From NCBI RefSeq assembly GCF_009834535.1, contig NC_045696.1:68200001-68264000 (forward strand): DNA of 64,000 nt. The letters are read 5' to 3'. Source of the stretch: Camelus ferus. Lineage: Eukaryota. This document shows positions 35,378-46,715 of this stretch, piece after piece; positions within the stretch are counted from its first letter, which is position 1; each line of letters starts with the position of its first letter. The notes under the pieces were generated by a model that did not search any database, had not been told where the DNA came from, and worked only from the letters and a program-made list of their open reading frames with translations. A program made the position numbers and the translations under genes.

Positions 35378-36155
35378 TTTTTTTTTTTTTCATGATGAAA
35401 AGTGCTGTTCTTTTTTTTTTTTTTTTTGAGTTATAGTCAGTTTATAATGTGTCAATTTCCAGTGTAGAGCACAATTTTTCAATTATATATGAACATACAT
35501 ATATTCATTGTCACATTCTTTTTTGCTGTGAGATACCACAAGATCTTGTATATTTCCCTGTGCTATACAGTATAATCTTGTTTATCTATTCTAATTATGC
35601 CTGTCAGTATCTACAAATTTCGAACTCCCAGACTGTCCCTTCCCACCCTCCTCCCCTCTGGCAGCCACAAGTTTGTATTCTATGTCTATGTGTCTGTTTC
35701 TGTTTTGTATTTATGTTCTTTTTCTTTTTTTTCTTTTTTTCTTTTTTAGATTCCACATATGAGCGATCTCATATGGTATTTTTCTTTCTCTTTCTGGCTT
35801 ACTTCACTTAGAATGACATTCTTCAGGGACATCCATGTTGCTGCAAATGGTGTTATGTTGTCATTTTTTATAGTTGAATAGTATTCCATTGTATAAATAT
35901 ACCACACCTTCTTTATCCTGTCATATGTTGATGGACATTTAGACTGTTTCCATGTCTTGGCTATTGTAAATAGTGCTGCTATAAACATTGGAGTGCAGGT
36001 GTCTTTTTGAAGTATGGTTCCTTCTGGATATATACCCAGGAGCAGGATTCCTGGGTCATATGGTAAGTCTATTCCTAGTCTTTTGAGGAATCTCCATACT
36101 GTTTTCCACAGTGGCTGCACCAAACTGCGTTCCCACCAGAAGTGTAGGAGGGTTC
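35378..36155 (-). mobile_element. Young camelid-type L1 3' end (ORF2 C-terminus plus 3' UTR), with two poly(A) tracts and a TSD
   Basis: ORF 35746-36192 encodes the uninterrupted ORF2 C-terminus ([10 protein letters not shown]...[20 protein letters not shown]...MEYYS...ICGI*). TSD GAGGGGCGCCCTTTCTT (35363-35379) / GAAGGGTGCCCTTTCTT (36156-36172). Confidence 0.95.
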
Positions 36156-36559
36156 GAAGGGTGCCCTTTCTTGCTTGCTGATGTCCTATCACCTAATCCC
36201 AAGCTGTAAATAAGTTTTCTCCACAACACTTTCAGTACCAGCATTGCATGGACGGCTTCCATATGATTTCAAGGTTTTCCACTGAGAGCCTAGTGAGTCT
36301 GACCTGATGTCAAAGTAAATTTGATTTATAACACAGGCAGTGCAGTGATCAGTCAGGGTAAGCCAAGCGAAAGATAATTGATGGCATGATCAGGCATAGC
36401 TGGGTAGGATGAGCAGATTGGTTTGGTCCAAACAGTAATTAAAGCTTCCTCTCCATCCCCACTGTCCAATGCTCTCCTCCCAGCTCCTAACCAAGAATGA
36501 AATTCCCCAACAGCTAAAATTTGCTTGTTAAATTTGATAAATTAAAACAAAACTTACAA

Positions 36560-36670
36560 TTATATGTGTGTATGTATACATAAATATACAATACATATAA
36601 TTATATATGTGTATGTATCTATATACATACACTATATATATAGTACATGTACACACACTATGTATATATA
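36560..36670. repeat. Purine/pyrimidine-alternating (TA/TG/CA) low-complexity tract
   Basis: tatatgtgtgtatgtatacata...atatacatacactatatatatagtacatgtacacacac. Confidence 0.85.
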
Positions 36671-36700
36671 TGGTTTGATTCCTGTGTATTCCCTGATTTT

Positions 36701-36868
36701 CTTAATTGAAGTATAGTCAGTTTACAATGTTGTGTTAGTTTCTAGTGTACAGTATAGTGATTCACTTATACATATATATATTCTTTTTCATATTCTTTTT
36801 CATTACAGGCTACTATAAGCCATTGAATATAGTGCCCTGTGCTACACAGTAGGGCCTTGTTGTTTACC
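36701..36868 (-). mobile_element. 168-bp 5'-truncated L1 3' end with a 10-bp TSD
   Basis: CCCTGATTTT at 36691-36700 and 36869-36878; body aattgaagtatagtcagtttacaatgttgtgttagtttc. Confidence 0.92.
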
Positions 36869-37204
36869 CCCTGATTTTGATACAGCTATGATTCCTAGAG
36901 TTGGTGCAGACGAAGAAAGGAAAGTGGCAAATGACTTAATGCTATAATAAAAGTTATTATGGAGAAGATTCCTCATTTCTCCAATATTAAGGACTTCGAG
37001 AAAATAAGAAAGTAGACTTGGTCCTCCTGACTTGAATCAGGGCAACCTCCCACTCATGTCATTTTCTTTGGATGCTGGTGATAACCCAGGGAGATCGGGA
37101 GGTCTGGATGAAGAAAGAGAGCTTAGAAAGTCACCCAGCTAGCAGGTTGCAGCACTAGAACTCAACAGCTACCTTGAAAAAAGGAAGAGTAGTGTAATTG
37201 TGTC

Positions 37205-37330
37205 TCTCCTCGTGTGCATATTCATCCAGTTTTGTCGATGAAGAAACAGAGACCCCAGAGCTGATCTCCAGCAAGCCCTCTGGTTGTGATTTGGCCCAGC
37301 TCTACCGAGGACTTGGACAGGTTCCCATCA
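37205..37330 (-). mobile_element. MIR core fragment
   Basis: gttttgtcgatgaagaaacagagaccccagag. Confidence 0.55.
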
Positions 37331-37489
37331 CACGGTGCTGCTTCTTTTTGCTCCACTGTGAACATTACCACTCTGGGGAGATAATTTTAGCCATAGCTTG
37401 CATGTCTGTCATTCTCTGTCCCTTGGAAAACCCATTTCATGGTCCAGTGGAGCAGAGTTTCATCCAATAGCACTTTGACTTGGTGGCTT

Positions 37490-37570
37490 CAAAGTGGGTA
37501 CTTACCCCTTAGCTGGGTTTGGGGCAGTAATGCTTAACAGTCTGGTAGTTAAATGAGAAGCAACAATAAC
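37490..37570 (+). mobile_element. MIR fragment
   Basis: ttggggcagtaatgcttaacagtctggtagttaaatgaga. Confidence 0.45.
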
Positions 37571-38459
37571 ACGACAGTCAGGTTTGGTCCAACACCCTAA
37601 TGATTCCCAAATCTCATGCTATAAATGGAAAAGATGGAAAGGGATGGATGAGATTGTGATTCTATAGAATTCCTGCCTTGTTTTTCCACAGCCAGACAGA
37701 GCAAGCTATCCATTTAGCCATGGCCTAAAATCCTACCCCATGGTTGGGAAAACCTGTGCTTTGTCGACCACCTCTAAGGCTCAGTGCTGACAGGCTGGAA
37801 ATAGACTGGAATAATTAATTCTAAAATTATCCCAGAGACAAACCTTTTCCAAAGGCTTTAATGTCCAGAGTGTGTGCTATTGGGTTTTTCTTCCAAACAT
37901 TAATGTAATTATATATCTCACTCTGGTCCCCAGTGCTCTAGGGTCCCCAGAGATGGAGTACCCTAACTTGTGTCTGTGCTCTCCCCAGGTTAGCTCTTGC
38001 TCGAGGGCCCCAATATAAGGAGGCAGTGGGCTTTCAGAGTTCAGTCCCCTCAGACACTCCAGCCAGAATGGCTTGGTTCGCGGTTCATCTCAGGACAATG
38101 CAAACTGAGCTATGCATTTACTGTAATTCTAATCAGATGACTCTATAATTGGAAGAACACCAGTGGCATTCTGTCTTTGGAATCTTCTCCATTAAGTGAC
38201 TGAACAAAGGCCAGGGGACTTTGCTTGTCCCAAAAGCAGGTCCTGATAGAGACATTAGGATCCAGGTACTGTGTTCCGTTTTGCAATAGGATCAAGTTCT
38301 TCTTTGTTGGTAAGATTCTAAATCAGTCTGGAATTGCCACATCATGTGTCTAGCAGTCATTTCCCCTTTGCTCCCAATAAAGTTTGGCCAACTGTTTTTC
38401 AAACAGCGAAGTACTAGTGAAATGAACAAAGTGTATGGGTGATGGAGTGGCAGGGGAAT

Positions 38460-39035
38460 CTGCGTATATGTTGGACATTTTAGATTGCATTTCCAAGTCT
38501 AGATCGTCATCATACGTGGTCATGGCTGTCTAAAAGGATGAGAGTAACAATCTGAATTTCTTAATCTCTCTGGATACCTCAGTTAGAGACAGAAACGTTA
38601 AAGACAAATGTATTGAGGAATCTGTAGTAAAAAAAATCGCCAAGTATTGGGTGGCTTTGGAAAATACAAAAATGAATCAGATCTAGACTGTGACCTTGGA
38701 GAGCTCAAAATTTAGAGAGAGAGATAAATCATGCTCAAAAAAATTATAATCCAAGATAGAAAGTACAAAGCCTGTGGCATTAGGATTTAGAGGAAGGAAA
38801 GATCACTCCCTTGTGGGAATATCTGGCTTGGCTTCTTGGAGGAAGTGGATTTGGAGCCAGACTTCAAAGAATAGGAGGGATTTGGTTCAGGAAAAAACCA
38901 GGAGAAGAGATTGCTGAGGAGCAAAGGTGAGAGGGGACGTGTGAGGATGTGGGCATTGGTGAGTGCTGTCTTTAAGCAGCCAGGGTGAGTAGGACTTTAC
39001 CATCAGTGTCAGGAATCTGGGTCATATTCTTTATG
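38460..39035. mobile_element. MIR fragment (+) followed by an L2 remnant (-)
   Basis: ttaatctctctggatacctcagtt (MIR); ggcttcttggaggaagtggatttggagccagacttcaaagaataggaggga (L2). Confidence 0.6.
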
Positions 39036-39036
39036 T

Positions 39037-39195
39037 CAGTATTTCTCAACCTTTAAGTGCAGACCCATGGGGATCTTATTAAAATACAGATTTTGATGAG
39101 GGAAGTCTGGGTTAGAGCTTGAAATTCTGCATTTTAATAAACTCCTAGGTGATGCTGACGCTGCTGGTCTGGCAACCACTCTAAGCTACGAGGAA
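39037..39195 (+). mobile_element. MER5A hAT-Charlie MITE
   Basis: cagtatttctcaacc...ggggatcttattaaaatacagatt...gaaattctgcattttaataaactcctaggtgatgctgacgctgctggtc. Confidence 0.85.
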
Positions 39196-39629
39196 TCGCT
39201 GAGGATTTTCAACAGTAGGGAAGGAGCTGCTGAGTTGCTGTCAATACCAGCCTTACACATCTCTTCACAGAGGTATTCTGAGGTTGCTGACACACACATG
39301 CATGACTGGGACAGCAAGCAGCTCTCATGTGAGCGTTTGCTTTCTATCCTTCTTTCCTCAATTGTACTGACACAGAATAAAAATCCACTTAGAGGGTAAA
39401 AGTGGACAAAGAGCAGAAAGATGCTAAAGACCTGGATTCTAGAAAGCAGAAATGACACAAACCACAATATAAATGCTGTTTTGGTTTCAGAAATGGTTTC
39501 TCCTCCTAAATTGTTTGTTGAAGACCAGAAGTGAGCTGATGAGTGCCTTTGTATTTGAAAGCAGTGTAAACACTGGTCCTCTGACTTAGTCATTAATTTG
39601 ATTCTATAATGTGATGATAATATTTCAAC

Positions 39630-39830
39630 TGTACTACGGATGAAGAATAAGGATTAGAGCCAGAAGATCTGACATTAAGTCCTCTAGCCTTTTTGTGCTT
39701 CACATGAACTTCCTCCTCTAGAACGTGGGGGAATAATCCTTTCCCTGGCTAACTCTCAGTTCTTCATAAAAATCAAATGAGTCAGTGGGTATGAAGATGC
39801 TTTGTGGACTGAGAAGTGCCTTGTAGGTGA
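39630..39830 (+). mobile_element. MIR SINE
   Basis: gattagagccagaagatctgacattaagtcc...gaaataatccttt-like core...aaatcaaatgag...gctttgtggactgagaagtgc. Confidence 0.55.
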
Positions 39831-40675
39831 AGCGCCTTGCAGGGTAAGGGCCACCTCTTATTACTGCAGATGGAGACATGAATCTCTGCTCTTGGGAATT
39901 GCTGGGGGAATGACTTAGCTTCTCCGGGGAGGGGCCTGGGACAGCCTCAGGGGCAAGGCCCCAGGTAATGTGGTGTGAGAGGTCCTCGCGTGGAGTTTGC
40001 TTCCCCTGTCAGAGCAGGATGCACCTGCAGCCAGCGGGTCAGACGTGCGCTTGCATCTGGCTGTGTAGCTTCCTGTGATCTCTGGGGAAGTGTTATCAGC
40101 AGCAATATTGCCGTGCAAAGTGTCCTCTGGGAGCGACTTTGGGGCCAGACTCAGGTGCTTGTGAGATGTTCCCGGAGTTATGTCCTGTGTTCTTTGCTGC
40201 CCAGTGAAGTTTTCTCTGTTTTCTGGTCCCCCCCACCCCAACAGAGCGGGAAACACTGGCAGGTAGGGATATTTGCTAAGTAAGTGTAGAGTCAAGAGTG
40301 TTAGGGCTCCAGGGGTTGACAAAGTAGACAAGATACCCAGAAACAGCCCTTGGGCCAGACAGACCGGGAGGCATACAGGTGGCATTCAGGCTGTGTGGGG
40401 GGAGGAGAAGACAGCTCCCGAGAGCCAGACCTGCGAACTCAATAACCTGGGGCAGAAGGCTCTTTTTATAGGGAGGATTCTGCTGCATTTCATACTCAAT
40501 AAAATTGGCTGTTCTTAAAACAACAGGCAGTAGAGATAACCATGGGGGTCAGGTTTAATCCCATCATTTTGCACCTGAGGAAACAGGTATTTGGCGGGGG
40601 CTTGCCCTGATTAAACTCTTTAAGTTCATAGATGACCCCAGATGAATGCTTGGTCTCTTGATCACTTATTGCTGG

Positions 40676-40747
40676 TTTTAAAAAATTTTTTTCTAGGGAG
40701 CGGGAGGTAATCAGGTTTATTTATGCATTCTCAAATTATTATAATTA

Positions 40748-40810
<63 letters not shown>

Positions 40811-40881
40811 AGGTACTGAGGTTTGAAGCCAAGACCTCGTACATGCTAAGCACACTGTCTACCACTGAGCTATACCCTGCC
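40676..40881 (-). mobile_element. tRNA-Ala-derived camelid SINE (Vic-1 type) with internal (TA)27
   Basis: The reverse complement reads ggcagggtatagctcagtggtagacagtgtgcttagcatgtacgaggtcttggcttcaaacctcagtacctc (A box, AGC anticodon, degenerate B box), then (TA)n, then aataaacctgattacctccc and an A-rich tail. Confidence 0.88.
40755..40808. repeat. (TA)27 microsatellite
   Basis: Perfect 54-bp repeat. Confidence 0.97.
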
Positions 40882-40940
40882 TACCCCCCACCTATTACTG
40901 TTTGAAAAGTTTCATCCTTTTTGTCTCTCTTGGCCTCAGT

Positions 40941-41354
40941 TTTTTTTTTTCAATTGAAGTATAGTAGATTTGCAATGTTTCAGGTGTATAGCAAAATGAT
41001 TCAGTTATATACACATATATATATTCTTTCTTAGATTCTTTTCCATTATAAGTTATTACAAGATATTAAATACAGTTCCCAGTGCTATACAGTAGGTTCT
41101 TGTTTATCTATTTTATTTATAGTAATGTGTATCTGTTAATCTCAAACTCCTAATTTATCCCTCCCCTGCAATTTAGCCCCAGCATCCATAGGTCTGTTTT
41201 CCACGTCTGTGAGTCTATTTCTATTTTGTAAATAAATTCATTAGTAGCATTTTTTGGGGACTTCATGTATGAGTGATATCACATGATATTTGTCTTTCTC
41301 TGACTTCACTTAGAATATTAACCTCTAGCTCCATCCCTGCTGCTGCAAATGTCA
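40941..41354 (-). mobile_element. Cetartiodactyl-type L1 3' end with an 8-bp TSD
   Basis: GCCTCAGT at 40933-40940 and 41355-41362; T-run then caattgaagtatagtagatttgcaatg. Confidence 0.9.
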
Positions 41355-41737
41355 GCCTCAGTGTCTTCCTTTGGAAAATGAATGGATGGGAAGAGCTGTT
41401 CTCTCCCTTCTTCCTCTTCCAGCTTGAATATTTGATGAGACCCAGGGACCCAGGCTTCAGTCTAGGCTTAGGGCATCTCCCCCTCCAGGCCAGGCTCTTA
41501 GGAATCACACCCTTCCCCCTCATTCTCCCTCAGGAATCTGCAATAATGCTTAATCCTGGTTCTCAGACTCACTTTCAGAAGAGGAAATCAATAGATTTTT
41601 CAAGCGGTTGGACCACAGGATGATGCTTGGGCCTATTTTGTCAACCAGGTGGCTCTGGTGAGGGAAGTTGTATGAGTCATTGTCGGCCAGAAATGTAAAT
41701 CTGGCCTGAGGCTTCCCTTGCAGCAAAATTTAGGTCA

Positions 41738-41970
41738 TTAATAATAGTGAACGTCTGTGCAGCACGTTGCAGTTACAGAGCACTTTACATACCTCATTTG
41801 TTTATCACAACTATTCAGAGATGTAGGTGTTATTGATATGCCCATTTTACAGATGAGGAAAATAGGCTCGGGAGATATGGTATGTTTCCTACTGTCCCAG
41901 GAAGTGCGAGTGGTCCATGTGGGACTTGGTTGAGTCTTTGGCCTCTACAGTCCATGCTCCATGCACCACC
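41738..41970 (-). mobile_element. MIR SINE, near full length
   Basis: gagcactttacatacctcattt...cccattttacagatgaggaaaataggctc. Confidence 0.85.
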
Positions 41971-42229
41971 TCTCTTTGTATCAGGCTTCCTATTGCCAAC
42001 TCAGCCTCCATGGAAATAAACAACAGCAAGAAAGGTCAATCTGCTCAGAGTCCTTTCCACAAAGAAGCGATAGTTGCAGTTTCAGTGTGGGCATGACAAT
42101 CCTGGTGACGGGCCTGGGAACAGACCTGTGGAGCTGACACTTTTACTACCTCTGTCCACCTGCCTTGTCTCTTTCACCTTCCATTCCTCGAACAGAAGCC
42201 CGAGCCTCCTGATTCCCAAACCAGGGCTT

Positions 42230-43620
42230 TTTTTTTTTCTTTCCTATTTTGTAAAATATGAAACGTAACTCAAACACATAAAAAGGATGACAAGGACTAA
42301 AACAAATACCCACTGTGGTAAACTTTTTGGCCATTAGCCAAATATTTCCAATTCTATCCACTTCTGGGTTTGTAGTGGAATTGTACTTCCTGGCCCCCTT
42401 GAGCAAGGGAGGACCGTCCAATTAGTTCTGGCTAATTAGTTGTGAGAGATGATGACTATGTCACTTCTAGTCTGGAGCATGTAATTGTTCTTTCTTTTCC
42501 TTGGCACAGCCACCAGCAAAAGGGTGGCGACTGCTCTGTCAGTCTTGGTCCTTGAGTGACAGAAGTAAGCAGAGTGCCACATTTGAGCAAAAAACCAAAT
42601 CTTTTTTTGTTTGAAACCACTATGATTGAGGGTTTTTGTTACTGCGGCAAAACCTAACCTCTCCTGACCTTTATGTTCATATATCCACCACCCTGACTTT
42701 GAAGAACGTTAACATTTTCTTATACTTGCTTCAGCTTTTAAAAGAAACAAACATTACCCCAAACAACTGAGTGTCTTTCTAGCTTACCTCTGCCCAGTCC
42801 TTTTCCTTTCCCCCCACAAATAACTACCATCCAAAGATGGAATTCCTTTGTCCTATGTTTGTTACTTTTACTCCATAAATATGTGTCCAAGACAATATAG
42901 TGTTGTTTCATGTTTCTAGAACTTCCATAAATGATATAATACTGATTTCTACAAATTGCTTTTTTCATTTCATATTATTATTTTAAATATGCTGATACTG
43001 GTACATAGTTCATTCACTTTGACATCATATTCCTTTTTCATAAGTGTGTCACAATTTATTAAGCATTTCCTAATAATGGACTTTTTAATTTTTTTCCTTC
43101 TTATAAATAATGATGCAGTGAACATCCTCGTTTAAAGCTCTTTATATGTATATGCGAGAATATCTCTCATTTGTGAACCTCGAGTGGAGTTACTGGGATA
43201 TAAGATGTATACAGCCTCAGATTTAGTAGATATTGCCAAATTTCTCTCCAAAGTGTTTGTATCCCTTTACAGTCCTGTCATCAGTGTGTTTGTACTTTGT
43301 TGTTGCTTTATATCAGTGTATAAACACTTCATACGGTTAGACTTCAAAAATTTTGGCTAATCTGATGGCTGTCGAGACAGAAACTCTTCATTTTAAAACT
43401 GGCATTTCTTTGATTACTAGTGAAGTTGAGCACCTTTCCATATGCTAAGAATCATTTCCTTTTTGGCACTTGGCATGTTCATATAGTCTGCCGAATTATT
43501 TCTATTGTTTTTTCCTCTTCTTGTGGATGTGTAGGATTCCCACCCTCTGTATTCTGGGTATAAATCTTTTGTCAGTTACACAAGTTATATATACATCTGT
43601 GACTTACTTTTAATTTTGAT
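42230..43620 (-). mobile_element. Old L1 (L1ME/L1MC4-like) 3' region interrupted by an LTR
   Basis: ccaccaccctgactttgaagaacgttaacatttt; actaccatccaaagatggaattcc; attgccaaatttctctccaaagtg; gcatttctttgattactagtgaagttgagcacc. Confidence 0.8.
42313..42670 (+). mobile_element. MaLR solo LTR (MLT1I/J-like) nested in an old L1
   Basis: Starts tgtggtaaac; tgtacttcctggccccctt; atgtcacttctagtctggagcat; tttttgttactgcggcaaaacctaacc end. Confidence 0.75.
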
Positions 43621-44799
43621 TAGCATCCAGTTCTCACTCTCTTGCAAGCCTCTGGCTGCCTGCTTCTGCACACACCTGATTTTTTTTTGGTGAAAATGTT
43701 TTGAAGGTGTATTTGGAAAAGCCTGTGTTAATAAATGTTTCCTGACCCAAGGAATGTGTTCTTACCAAAGAATCTGTGAAGGACCTATTTTGCTTACTCA
43801 AGGATCACATTTGCTAGTGCAATTGTACGGTGAAAGCAAAAGAACCAGGTGTGAGTGGAAAAAACCTTAGTCACTAAGAGTTGTTTGGGCTGCTCAGTGC
43901 TGAACATCAGAGGTCACAGTTCCCCCGGCTGTGGTGAATCCTGGCATGATTTGCCTGGCTGTTTTGACCTTTCGTAGACCCAACACACGTGAGAGGACAC
44001 CTGGGAGAAGTTTCAGCCCCAGGTTGTCTCTCCTCTCCCCACACACACCTTGCAGAGCCTTCACAAGGGTGTGATGGCGGTGAGGCTGGGACACATTCTT
44101 CAGAAGGTAGGAGAAAGCCGTGCCTTGGAAGTGCTTCAAGCTTTCCAATGGGGAGAGTCACTTTCAGGCTTTGTTTATCTCTTGGTGCCTCCGCGAGCCC
44201 CAGGAGAAAACCTTAGCTCAGGACAGGAAGCTCAGAGCACCCAGAAGGATGACTACACAGCTCAGGATTATTTATGTCTGCCTCTCACATGTCCCTCCAT
44301 GCTCTCCCCCAGGACTGGCTGTGCGGATGCTCTAAGGGAGCCTGATATCCCATCACTCCCTAGGAAACCGATGGGCATGGCAGAAGCTGAGCTCTGGGAT
44401 CAATTATGCTGGCGATACTACAAGGGCAGAGGGTGAGCCAGGAGTGCCGTGGCTTAGGAATGACTTGCTGAAAAAAGCCTTGATGTTCCCAGGTGGAGCC
44501 CAGTGGCCCCAGGGAAGTGACCTCGCATGTCTGGCTGACCAGCTGAAGTGCTGGGCCCAAGGAGCCAGGACACGCCTTCCGTTCCAGCTGACTCACTTGA
44601 GTGGCAAATTCTTTTCTCCCGCACAGTCCTCTCATCTTCAAAGGGAATTCATTAAGCCCCACAAAGCCATCGGCACTTGGCCAGGTGTTGTACCGTCTCA
44701 TTAGGTGGACACAGTCCCCAGCCCCAGGGAGTGTGCTGAATGCGGTGGGGGATGGCAGCTGAGATCGGCTGACATCCCCCGAGATTGTTCCGAAGCACC

Positions 44800-45830
44800 T
44801 TCTATAAACCCTCCAGCTGCTTTGGACTGTGCATGTGTGCCTCTCAGCGCATGCTGTGTTCTCTCCCCACCCCCTTGCTTTAGCTCACTCTGTTCTCTTT
44901 GCCTGGCATGGTTTTCCACTCTGTGTGCTCAATACCTTCAAATGCCACCTCCTCGGTGGAGTTTCTCTGATAACCGCAAGTAGAACTGACCACTCTGCAT
45001 TTATGTGTCCCCATCCCCATAGCATTTTACTTTATTTTATTTTCTATTGAAGTGTAGTTGATTTTCAATGTTAGTTTCAGGTGTACAGCAAAGTATTTCA
45101 GTGATACATATACATACATATATATTTTTTCTTTTCAGATTCTTCTCCATTATATGTCATTACAAGAAATTGAATAGAGTTCCCAGTGCTATACAGTAGG
45201 TCCTTGTTTTTTTTTTTTTATCTATTTTATACACAGTAATGTGTATCTGTTAGTCCCAAACTCTTAATTTATCCCTCCCCTACCCTTTCCCCTTTGGTAA
45301 CCATAGTTTGTTTTCTATGTCCGTGAGTCTGTTTTTGGCTTGTAAATAGAATTTTTATCATTTTCTTTTTTAGATTCCACATATAAATGATATCATGTGA
45401 TATTTCTCTTTCTCTGTCTGACTTACTTCACTTATTGTGATCATCTGCAGGTTCATCCATGTTGCTGCAAATGGCATTGTTTCCTTCTTTTTTATGACTG
45501 AATAGTATTCCATTGTATAAACATACCGCAACTGCTTTATCCAGTCATCTGTCATTGGACATTTAGGTTGTTTCCATGTCTTGGCTATTGTAAACAGTGC
45601 TGCTATGAACATTGGGGTGCAGGTGTCTTTTTGAAGTAGGGTTCCTTCTGGATACATGCCCAGGAGTGGGACTGCTGGATCATAGGGTAAGTCTATTTTT
45701 AGTTTTTTAAGATCCCAATAGCCTTTTGTACTATTGTTAATATTACACATACTCCTAATGCCAGAGTCGTCTGCTTACATGTTTCTTGAAGATAGATTCC
45801 CCATCAAGAATTTAGCAGATGCTCAGTAAA
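44800..45830 (+). mobile_element. LINE-2 3' remnant split by a younger L1
   Basis: ctctttgcctggcatggttttcc...tcaaatgccacctcctcggtggagtttctctga on the left; agatgctcagtaaacgtgtgctg on the right. Confidence 0.6.
45029..45711 (-). mobile_element. Cetartiodactyl-type L1 3' end (ORF2 C-terminus plus UTR) with a 16-bp TSD
   Basis: ORF 45370-45750 (IDLPYDPAVPLLG...[24 protein letters not shown]...ICGI*). TSD ATCCCCATAGCATTTT (45013-45028) / ATCCCAATAGCCTTTT (45712-45727). Confidence 0.93.
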
Positions 45831-45879
45831 CGTGTGCTGGACTCAGTGCAGCAAGGGCACAACTCATGCTTTTATCTGA

Positions 45880-46015
45880 TTCCACCTTGTGGGTATGACT
45901 GTGAGCAGGTCAAGTCTGAGTCTTAGTTTCTTTCTCAGTGAAATGGGTGGGGTGGGGGAGGATAAATAAGAAAAATCGCCTCTGAGAGGTTTTCTGGCTC
46001 TACTGTCCATGATTT
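45880..46015 (+). mobile_element. MIR SINE
   Basis: actgtgagcaggtcaagtctgagtcttagtttctttctcagtgaaatggg. Confidence 0.65.
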
Positions 46016-46519
46016 GAAAATTCTGGTCTCCTAGTAGAACACTGAGAGTTTATCATAACTCTTTAAAAACCAGGGTAAAGTTCTCATTTACATGTATGAA
46101 AGGGCCTGGTATTTCCTTCCCACCTCTAGTCTGTCACCTTTTTAAAAATGTGCACTATGTAGCATTTTGCAAATTCTCTGACTAAAGTTTCAAGAGGTTT
46201 GTGGGATTAATCAATTACCAGAAGTGTATACATTTTATCTTCCCTGGGGAATCAAACTCTTGAAGTGATTCTTTGAAAGGAATTTCTGACTGTATTTTCT
46301 GATAACTTTTGTCGACCTAGATGTCTGAGGAAAGGGTCATTGTGTAGCTGTGCATATCACGCCAGCATCTCTCTTCCTGCCAATGCAGCATGTTCCAGGC
46401 CGGGTACCACTTGTCCCAGGGGACCCATGCCCTGCCTCTGCTCCCTCTCTCTCTGCCCCTTGAGTTACAGATGTGAAATTCCCTGCATGAATGGGACTGA
46501 GTATCTCTCCCACTCCAAG

Positions 46520-46715
46520 AACACATTTATGAGATGCTAATAATGCACGACTGTGATCTTCGTAACCAGCCTATGAGGTGAGGCAGGACAGAGCTGATCG
46601 TCGACCCATTTTGCTGACAGAGCTGTGACTCAGACAGGTGGAGGGATTTGCAGAAGGCCGTGTGGCAAAGAAGAGCTTCTGAGTCTGGCCCAGTGGGATC
46701 CATTTATTCTCCACT
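46520..46715 (-). mobile_element. MIR SINE
   Basis: tgatcttcgtaaccagcctatgaggtgagg...cccattttgctgacagagctgtgactcagacagg. Confidence 0.7.

Noticed and set aside
35746-36192. L1 ORF2 C-terminal ORF (also 45370-45750) as a gene
   Set aside because: 5'-truncated retrotransposon fragments; the ATG comes from flanking DNA; no promoter, ORF1 or RT domain.
40810-40881. tRNA-Ala(AGC) gene
   Set aside because: Acceptor and T stems are broken and the B box is degenerate; it is followed by the SINE body and tail, so it is a SINE head.
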